From an uncultured Enterobacterales bacterium (lineage in GTDB: Bacteria > Myxococcota_A > UBA796 > CAJQPC01), in the NCBI GenBank assembly GCA_964519895.1, contig CAZFLE010000015.1:2073-66072 (forward strand): a stretch of 64,000 bases of DNA. Direction: 5' to 3'. A model generated the notes under the pieces. It was not told the DNA's origin and did not search any database. It was given only the letters and a program-made list of their open reading frames with translations. The position numbers and the translations under genes are program-made. Below, in pieces: positions 56,132-64,000 of the stretch. Positions within the stretch are counted from its first letter, which is position 1; the number at the start of each line of letters is the position of its first letter.

Positions 56132-57301
56132 CTACAGCCCCACGAAGGACTTGACCGCTGCCGCCTTGTCCGTGTTCTCCCAGGGGAACTCGGGACGACC
56201 GAAGTGGCCGTAGGCGGCGGTGTTGCGGTAGGTCACGCTGCCAGACAGCAAGCCCAGGTGGCCGATGAGGTCCGCCGGCTTGGTGGGAAAGATCTCCCGC
56301 ACGCAGTCGGCCAGCTTCTCGTCGGCGACCTTGCCGGTGCCGTAGGTGTCGACCATCACCGAGACCGGCTCGGCGACGCCGATGGCGTAGGCCAGCTGGA
56401 CCAGGGCCCGCTCGGCCGCGCCGGAGGCGACGATGTTCTTGGCGGCGTAGCGGCCCAGGTAGGCTGCGGAGCGGTCGACCTTGGAGGGGTCCTTGCCCGA
56501 GAAGGCGCCGCCGCCATGGGCGCCGTGGCCGCCGTAGGTGTCGACGATGATCTTGCGACCGGTCAGGCCGGCGTCGCCCATGGGACCGCCGACCACGAAG
56601 CGGCCGGTCGGGTTCACGAAGTAGCGAGTGTCGGCGTCGAGCAGGTCCGCGGGGAGAACCCGCTTGATGTTCTCCTCGATGATGAAGTCCTGGAGATCGC
56701 CGTGGCTCACCGACGCCGCGTGCTGGGTCGAGATGACGACCGTGTCGATCCGCACCGGGCGGCCGTCGCGGTACTCGACGGTGACCTGGGACTTGGAGTC
56801 CGGGCGGAGCCAGTCCACCACGTTGCTCTTGCGGAGCTGGGCCATCTGGGCCAGCAGCTGGTGGGAGAAGTGGATGCTCATCGGCATCAACACGTCGGTC
56901 TCGTCGCAGGCGTAGCCGAACATCATGCCCTGGTCGCCCGCGCCCTGTTCCGTGAACAGGCCCTCGCCAGCCGTCACGCCCTGGGAGATGTCCGGGGACT
57001 GCTGCTCGACCGCGACCATGATGGCGCAAGTGTTGCCGTCGAAGCCCTTGTCGCTGTGGTCGAAGCCGATGTCGTTCACGACTTCGCGAATGACCGAGGG
57101 GTAGTCGACCCGCTCGCTCGACGTGATCTCGCCGGCGATGGCGACGAACCCGGTCTTCACCATGGTCTCGCAGGCCACGCGGGAGCTGGCGTCGCCGGCC
57201 AGGTGTGCGTCGAGGATGGCGTCCGAGATCTGGTCGCACATCTTGTCGGGGTGACCCTCGGAGACGCTCTCGGAGGTGAACAGGAAGTCCTTCACAGCCA
57301 T
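56132..57301 (-). CDS. metK: S-adenosylmethionine synthetase
   Basis: Carries [19 protein letters not shown] and GGGAFSGKD motifs. Confidence 0.95.
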   Translation of the reverse strand: MAVKDFLFTSESVSEGHPDKMCDQISDAILDAHLAGDASSRVACETMVKTGFVAIAGEITSSERVDYPSVIREVVNDIGFDHSDKGFDGNTCAIMVAVEQQSPDISQGVTAGEGLFTEQGAGDQGMMFGYACDETDVLMPMSIHFSHQLLAQMAQLRKSNVVDWLRPDSKSQVTVEYRDGRPVRIDTVVISTQHAASVSHGDLQDFIIEENIKRVLPADLLDADTRYFVNPTGRFVVGGPMGDAGLTGRKIIVDTYGGHGAHGGGAFSGKDPSKVDRSAAYLGRYAAKNIVASGAAERALVQLAYAIGVAEPVSVMVDTYGTGKVADEKLADCVREIFPTKPADLIGHLGLLSGSVTYRNTAAYGHFGRPEFPWENTDKAAAVKSFVGL

Positions 57302-57444
57302 GTTGTTGAGTCCTTGGCGAGCCTCAGGCAGCTCGGTGGTGTCGTTCAGGCGGAGCAGGCAGCAAACGCCCCCGCCGCGAAGAGCGGGGCAACATTGCCC
57401 GACGATGGGCCTCTGTCAAGCCTGCGGGCGAGGCTCGAACGGAC

Positions 57445-58887
57445 TCAGAACAGCTGCTTGCGCTTGGAGCTGCTCAGGATGCCCATGCCTTCGCGGTACT
57501 TGGCCACCGTGCGACGGGCGCACTGGATGTTGTAACGACGAAGCTCCTTGACCAGCTGGGCGTCGCTCAGCGGTCGCTTGGGGTCCTCGGCCGAGATGAG
57601 GTTCTTGATGCGGTTCTTCACCGACTCGGCGGCGACCTCGGACCCGTGCACCTGTTGGATGCCGGCGTTGAAGAAGTACTTCAGCTCGAAGATGCCTTGG
57701 GGACACTGGATGTACTTGTTCGACGTCACCCGAGAGACCGTGGACTCGTGCACGCCGATCTCGTCGGCCACGTCTCGGAGCACCATGGGCCGCAGGTGGT
57801 CGATGCCGCGCTCGAAGAAGTCCAGCTGGCGCTCCAGGATGGACTTGACCACTTTGTAGATGGTGCCCTGGCGCTTGTAGATCGACTTGATGAGGAAGTC
57901 CGCGGAGTCGAGCTTGCCCTTGACGTAGGCCCGGTCTTCCTTGGTCCCCTGCCCCCGCAGGACCTTGGCGTAGTACGGCGAGATGCGCAGCTTGGGCAGG
58001 CCATCCTCGTTGAGGTTGATCTGCCACTCCCCGCTGATCTTGAACAGGTAGACGTCGGGGGTGATGTACCGGGGCTCACAGTCGCTGTAGCCACGGGCTG
58101 GGCGCGGCTCCAGGTCCCGGAGCATCTTGTGATACTCGATGGCGTCCTCGACATCGAGGTCCATCGCCCGGGCCACGCCCTGGTAGTTCCGGCGCTCGAA
58201 GTCCCCCAGGTGGTCCTGGATGATCTGGACCACGAACGGGTCCTCGGGCCAGACCTTGCGGGCCTGGATGACCAGACACTGGACCAGATCAGAGGACCCG
58301 CAGCCCAGGGGATCGAGGGACTGGACCACCATCTGGCCGCCCTCGACCATGTCCAGGTCCAGCTCCATCTCGTCGGCGATGACGTCGAGGGGGATGGTCA
58401 GGTACCCCCGCTCGTCCAGGTTGCAGATGATGACCTCGGCCGCCCTGCGCTCGTCGTCCAGGCAGCGCACCAGCCCCAGCTGCTCGAGCAGGTGGTCCAT
58501 CAGCGACGAGCTCGAGGCCAGGTTGGCCTCGATCGGGGGCAGGTCGTCGTTGCGGCTGACCCCGGTGCCGGTCTTGAAGGTCGACGCGCTGTAGCTCTCC
58601 AGGACCTTCTGCCAGTCCGTGTCGGAGTTCTCGTGGCCGTTGGCGGCCTCGACGTTCTCGGCCTGCTTCTCTTCGGCCTTCTGCTCGAGCTTCCGCTGGG
58701 CGTCGGGCAGCTCGGGGCTCTCGGTGCCGGGGATCTCCTCGAGGGCCGGGTTCTCCATCATCTCCTGCTGGATGGTCTCGACCAGGTCCAGGTGGGAGAG
58801 CTGCAGGAGCTTGATGGCCTGCTGGAGCTGTGGTGTGAGGACGAGCTGCTGAGTGAGCTTGAGACTCTGTTTGATCTCGAGCGCCAT
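57445..58887 (-). CDS. rpoN: RNA polymerase sigma-54 factor
   Basis: Region I is MALEIKQSLKLTQQLVLTPQLQQAIKLLQLS. The RpoN box is ARRTVAKYR. The start was trimmed to 58887. Confidence 0.95.
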   Translation of the reverse strand: MALEIKQSLKLTQQLVLTPQLQQAIKLLQLSHLDLVETIQQEMMENPALEEIPGTESPELPDAQRKLEQKAEEKQAENVEAANGHENSDTDWQKVLESYSASTFKTGTGVSRNDDLPPIEANLASSSSLMDHLLEQLGLVRCLDDERRAAEVIICNLDERGYLTIPLDVIADEMELDLDMVEGGQMVVQSLDPLGCGSSDLVQCLVIQARKVWPEDPFVVQIIQDHLGDFERRNYQGVARAMDLDVEDAIEYHKMLRDLEPRPARGYSDCEPRYITPDVYLFKISGEWQINLNEDGLPKLRISPYYAKVLRGQGTKEDRAYVKGKLDSADFLIKSIYKRQGTIYKVVKSILERQLDFFERGIDHLRPMVLRDVADEIGVHESTVSRVTSNKYIQCPQGIFELKYFFNAGIQQVHGSEVAAESVKNRIKNLISAEDPKRPLSDAQLVKELRRYNIQCARRTVAKYREGMGILSSSKRKQLF

Positions 58888-58984
58888 GCGGCTGTCGACT
58901 CCCCTGGTCCGAGCCCGCGCCCCGACCTCCTGGAGTCTGGCACGAATGTTGCTTGCAGGCAATGACCGCCGCTGCCGGAAGCCT

Positions 58985-59698
58985 TCAGGAGGACCAGCTC
59001 GCCCCCAGCCAGCGCTCCCGGGCTCGCGGATCCTGGGCGACGTCTTCGGGCGCACCCTCGAACACCAGGCGGCCTTCGACCAGCAGGAGGACGCGGTCAC
59101 AGGCCGAGAGCGCCTCGCGGACCGCGTGGTCGGTCAGGAGCACCCCCAGCCCCGCAGCTGCCAGCGCCCTGAAGCGGGCCACCAGGCCCCCCACCGCGAC
59201 GGGGTCGACCCCCGCAAAGGGCTCGTCGAGCAGGAGTACTCGCGGATCGGCGGCCAGGCACCGTGCGATCTCCAGGCGCCGCCGCTCGCCGCCGGACAGC
59301 GCTGTGGCGGGCTGGTCTGCCAGCGCGGAGAGGCCGGCATCGGCCAGCAGGCCCTGGGCGGCCGCTCGGGGCGCCCCGCGGGCCTCCAGGGGCACGAACA
59401 GGTGCTGCCGGACCGTCAGGCCGCGGAACAAGGTGGCGTGCTGAGGCAGGTACCCCAGCCCGGCGCGGACCCGCGCGTGGAGCGGCCCGGTGAGGGGGAC
59501 CCCGCGGAGCCGGACGTCCCCGGCGTCCGGCTTCAGCAGCCCGGTCAGCAGCTGAAAGGTCGTGGTCTTGCCGGCGCCATTCGGGCCCAGGAGCCCGACC
59601 ACCTCACCCGCGTGCACCGACAGGTCCAGCCCATCCACGACCCGCCGGCCCGCCCACGAGCGACGCAGTCCCCGGGCCTCGAGCAGCGGTGCGCTCAC
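58985..59698 (-). CDS. lptB: LPS export ABC transporter ATP-binding protein
   Basis: Walker A GPNGAGKTT, signature LSGGERRR, Walker B LLLDEP. It has the conserved lptA-lptB-rpoN context. Its GTG start overlaps the upstream stop. Confidence 0.85.
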   Translation of the reverse strand: MSAPLLEARGLRRSWAGRRVVDGLDLSVHAGEVVGLLGPNGAGKTTTFQLLTGLLKPDAGDVRLRGVPLTGPLHARVRAGLGYLPQHATLFRGLTVRQHLFVPLEARGAPRAAAQGLLADAGLSALADQPATALSGGERRRLEIARCLAADPRVLLLDEPFAGVDPVAVGGLVARFRALAAAGLGVLLTDHAVREALSACDRVLLLVEGRLVFEGAPEDVAQDPRARERWLGASWSS

Positions 59699-60191
59699 GG
59701 CCCGTCGAGACCCGCGGCGTCCACCACGAGCGTGCACTGCTCGCAGTCGACTGCCTCGCGGTCCACGTACAACAGGATGCGCTCACCGCGCAGCGCGTGG
59801 GCACCGTTCGTCACAGTGGGCGACCCGGTCAGGGTCACCGCCCCGGTGGCGACGGCCAGCTCAGCCCGGTCGGCCGCGGCACGCCATTCGGCTCGGGTCA
59901 CGACCACGTCGCCGGTGGCCAGGGCGGACACCAGCTGACCGTCGCTGTCGTAGCGGGCCTCCAGGCGCTCACAGGACAGCGCCAGGGGGCCCCGACTCGC
60001 CCTCACCTGACCCTCGAAGTGGGCCAGCCGTGCGGTCACGTCCCAGGTGCTGCGCGCGGCCTGGACCGTGAGGGGCAGCCCCCCGTCCGCTGCGGCGGTG
60101 CCCACGAACGCGATGTCCTCGAGCCGCAGGATGGGTTGCTCGACCGGGCCCGGCGCGGTGGGAAAGGCACAGGCCGCCAGGACCCAGCCGA

Positions 60192-60195
<4 letters not shown>
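59695..60195 (-). CDS. LptA/OstA-like periplasmic protein (start codon unresolved)
   Basis: Assigned on context and a beta-rich OstA-like sequence. No ATG, GTG or TTG lies between the pyrG stop and the hydrophobic leader [15 protein letters not shown] at 60195 is used provisionally, and the nearest TTG (60345) would overlap pyrG by about 150 nt. Confidence 0.5.
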
Positions 60196-61846
<1,651 letters not shown>

Positions 61847-61850
<4 letters not shown>

Positions 61851-62575
61851 GGGCTCTCTCCTGACGCGATCAGCGAGCGCACGCGCTCGAGGTCTGACGG
61901 GGTGTCGACGGACGGAGACGGCTCCGCCACCTGGACGACCCGCACGGTGTGACCGTACTCCAGGAAGCGCAGCTGCTCCAGGCGTTCTGCGGCCTCGAGG
62001 GGGCCCCTCGACCTGGCCGCGAAGTCCGCGAGGGCCGAGGTCCGGAAGGCGTAGAGGCCGATGTGCTGCAGTGCGGCTCCCGCGGACGGGATCCGGCTCC
62101 GGGAGAAGTACAGGGCGTCGCCGGCCTGGTCGACCACGACCTTGACCACGGCGGGATCGTCGTCGCCGGGTCCGAGGGGCGCCGCGACGGTGGCCACGGA
62201 GACGCCCGGGTCGGCAAAGGTGGCGATGAGCGCCTCGACGTGGGCCGGGTCCAGCAGCGGCTCATCCCCCTGGACGTCGACCACCACCGACGGCTCGGTC
62301 CCGCCCTGGGCCACCAGGCGGGTCACCACCTCGCAGACCCGGTCGGTGCCGCTGGCGTGATCCGGCCGGGTGATCCAGCACTCGCCGCCGGCGGCCTCGA
62401 CCACCGCCTGGATCGCGGGTTCGTCGGTCGCGACGATGACCCGATCCACGCCGCGGACGCGCCGGGTGCGGTCGAGCACGTGCAGGATCATGGGGCGCCC
62501 AGCCAAGGGCAGGAGCACCTTGCCGGGCAGCCGGTGGCTGGAGAGGCGGGCGGGTATGACGGCCAGGACGTTCAT
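61847..62575 (-). CDS. kdsB: 3-deoxy-manno-octulosonate cytidylyltransferase
   Basis: Carries [15 protein letters not shown] and VQGDEPL. The start was trimmed to MNVLAVI. Confidence 0.9.
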
Positions 62576-62599
62576 CGTCTCGCTGGCCGGTACCAATGC

Positions 62600-62995
62600 C
62601 TACCGCTTGCTGAACTGGAAGCGCTTGCGGGCGCCGGGCTGGCCGTACTTCTTGCGCTCGACCTTGCGGGCGTCGCGGCGGAGCATCCCGGCGGCCTTGA
62701 GGCCGGGACGGTTGTTCGGGTCCCGGTCGCAGAGCGCCCGGGCGAAGCCCATGCGGATGGCGCCGGACTGGCCGGACTTGCCGCCACCCTTGACCGTGAT
62801 GTACGCGTCGACGTTTTCGACGTCGCCGGTCAGCTGCAGCGGCGCGATGAGCCAGCGGCGGTGAGTGTCACGCTCGAAGTAGTCCTCGAGCGCACGGTTG
62901 TTCACGATGATGCGGCCGGAGCCGGGACGCAGGAAGACACGGGCGGTGGCCTCCTTGCGACGGCCTGTGGCGTACCACTGGGTCTTGTTCGCCAT
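62600..62995 (-). CDS. rpsI: 30S ribosomal protein S9
   Basis: Carries GRRKEATARV and GGGKSGQSGA, and ends KRFQFSKR. The ATG is at 62995. Confidence 0.95.
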   Translation of the reverse strand: MANKTQWYATGRRKEATARVFLRPGSGRIIVNNRALEDYFERDTHRRWLIAPLQLTGDVENVDAYITVKGGGKSGQSGAIRMGFARALCDRDPNNRPGLKAAGMLRRDARKVERKKYGQPGARKRFQFSKR

Positions 62996-63006
62996 TTGGG
63001 TGAGCC

Positions 63007-63441
63007 TCAGACGTAGCTGGGAAAGGGCTGGGGAGACTGGGCCGCGTGGGGGTGATCCCCACCCGCGTAGATCTTGAGCTTCTTGATCTGCTGACGGGCC
63101 AGCTTGTTCTTGGGGAGCATGCGGCGGACCGCTTCGTGGATGACCATCTCGGGCTTGCTCTCGAGCATCTCCCGGGCGGTGGTCTCCTTGAGGCCGCCGA
63201 TGTAGCCGCTGTAGCGGTAGTACTTCTGGGTGTCGAGCTTCTTGCCGGTCAGCCGGATCTTCTCGCAGTTCACGACCACCACGAAGTCGCCGGTGTCGAC
63301 GTGGGGGGTGTAGCTCGGCTTGTGCTTGCCCATCAGGACGGTGGCGATCCGGGTCGAGATACGCCCCAGGACCAGATCCTGGGCGTCGACGACGAACCAC
63401 GCACGCTGCACGTCGGCAGGCTTTGTGGAGACGGTGGTCAT
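63007..63441 (-). CDS. rplM: 50S ribosomal protein L13
   Basis: Carries [13 protein letters not shown] and [11 protein letters not shown]. Confidence 0.95.
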   Translation of the reverse strand: MTTVSTKPADVQRAWFVVDAQDLVLGRISTRIATVLMGKHKPSYTPHVDTGDFVVVVNCEKIRLTGKKLDTQKYYRYSGYIGGLKETTAREMLESKPEMVIHEAVRRMLPKNKLARQQIKKLKIYAGGDHPHAAQSPQPFPSYV

Positions 63442-63546
63442 GGTTCTTCCTGGCAGTTCCGGGACCTGCGTGGAACACAGGTCACGCCGCGCGGACCGTG
63501 CGGACCCGCGAGAGACGGCGCCTTGTAGTGAACCCCGGGCCGGCTG

Positions 63547-64000
63547 TCAAGGACCGTCGAGGGACTCGGCAGGCACGGCGATCTGAACCGTCTCCTCACC
63601 GATGGCCAGCACGTGGGACAGGATGTCGCTGCTCCCAGACCGACCGTCGGCCCACACGAAGTGGAGGTCGTCACCCCGGCGCCCGAGCCAGGGATCGATC
63701 GCCCAGGCAGACCCGGGCGTGGACCCGTCGATGCGGTAGTCGAAGGCCGCCCAGGTCTCCCCGCGGTTCTCGCTGTAGTTGTAGAACAGGTCGTCGAAGC
63801 CCACCTGTTCGTCGTCGTAGCGCCGGTCCTGCCACAGCACGACCACCAGGTCGTCGTCGGGGCCCGAGGGCGCCAGGATCCGAGGGTCGTAGGACTGGGC
63901 TTCGCCGTCGAAGTCCCGCTCCAGCCGCGACTCCTGGGCGGCCCAGCTCTCGCCGCCGTCGACGCTCCTGCGCAGGAAGATGTCGTAGCCGCCGGCGCGA
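63547..64000 (-). CDS. BNR/Asp-box repeat protein (5' partial, runs off the window)
   Basis: Asp-box motifs SENRGETW and SVDGGESW are present. The frame stays open to the window edge. Confidence 0.55.
   Translation of the reverse strand, partial: RAGGYDIFLRRSVDGGESWAAQESRLERDFDGEAQSYDPRILAPSGPDDDLVVVLWQDRRYDDEQVGFDDLFYNYSENRGETWAAFDYRIDGSTPGSAWAIDPWLGRRGDDLHFVWADGRSGSSDILSHVLAIGEETVQIAVPAESLDGP

Noticed and set aside
57302-57444. A possible riboswitch or attenuator in the metK leader, with a TTGACA-like -35 box and the GC hairpin ccccgc..gcgggg.
   Set aside because: I cannot match it to SAM-I, SAM-II or SAM/SAH consensus features by eye, and the hairpin is short and lacks a U-tract. It needs an Rfam/Infernal scan.

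Overview
64 kb of very GC-rich (by eye about 70%) bacterial chromosome. The gene content looks Myxococcota-like: a TIGR02265/DUF2378-type protein, a Ser/Thr kinase, PP2C, an FG-GAP propeller, a DUF1592/DUF1552 pair, rpoN and several sigma-54 elements. That taxonomic call is inference only.

Core housekeeping blocks flank an accessory block.
- Left core (1-15.9 kb): a TtuC-like dehydrogenase, thiolase and HMGL-like synthase cluster; a CrtC/AttH-polyprenyl synthase fusion; panCB; a deoxynucleoside kinase; ssb; a desaturase; a Ser/Thr kinase; an SPFH operon; tRNA-Val(CAC).
- Accessory block (about 15.9-31.5 kb): a composite integrative island at tRNA-Val. It carries a large serine recombinase whose ORF is completed by the tRNA 3' half, a MerR-like orphan, and a sigma-54-controlled persulfide dioxygenase-rhodanese / split YeeE / TauE sulfur module. 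It is closed by three nested tRNA-tail remnants and a VapBC module. Beyond it lie AbiEi/AbiEii, a second VapBC, ArsR plus an SRPBCC protein, and a second, diverged copy of the whole sulfur module.
- Right core (31.6-64 kb): GST, zwf-pgl-gnd, a DUF1592/DUF1552/lipoprotein operon, FG-GAP, an aminotransferase, an SDR, a ceramidase-like protein, a pseudouridine synthase, an S26-like protein, Fpg/Nei, ndk, sucDC, a citrate synthase family protein, PP2C, metK, rpoN-lptB-lptA-pyrG-kdsB, rpsI-rplM and a partial BNR protein.

The most notable non-gene signal is a 164-bp MITE-like element with 26-bp terminal inverted repeats. It is present twice. One copy sits exactly in the stop/start junction of two coupled genes in sulfur module 2. 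Many long ORFs in the supplied track are alternative-frame artefacts of the high GC content, and many real genes needed their 5' ends trimmed. No CRISPR array, rRNA or obvious phage structural genes were seen.
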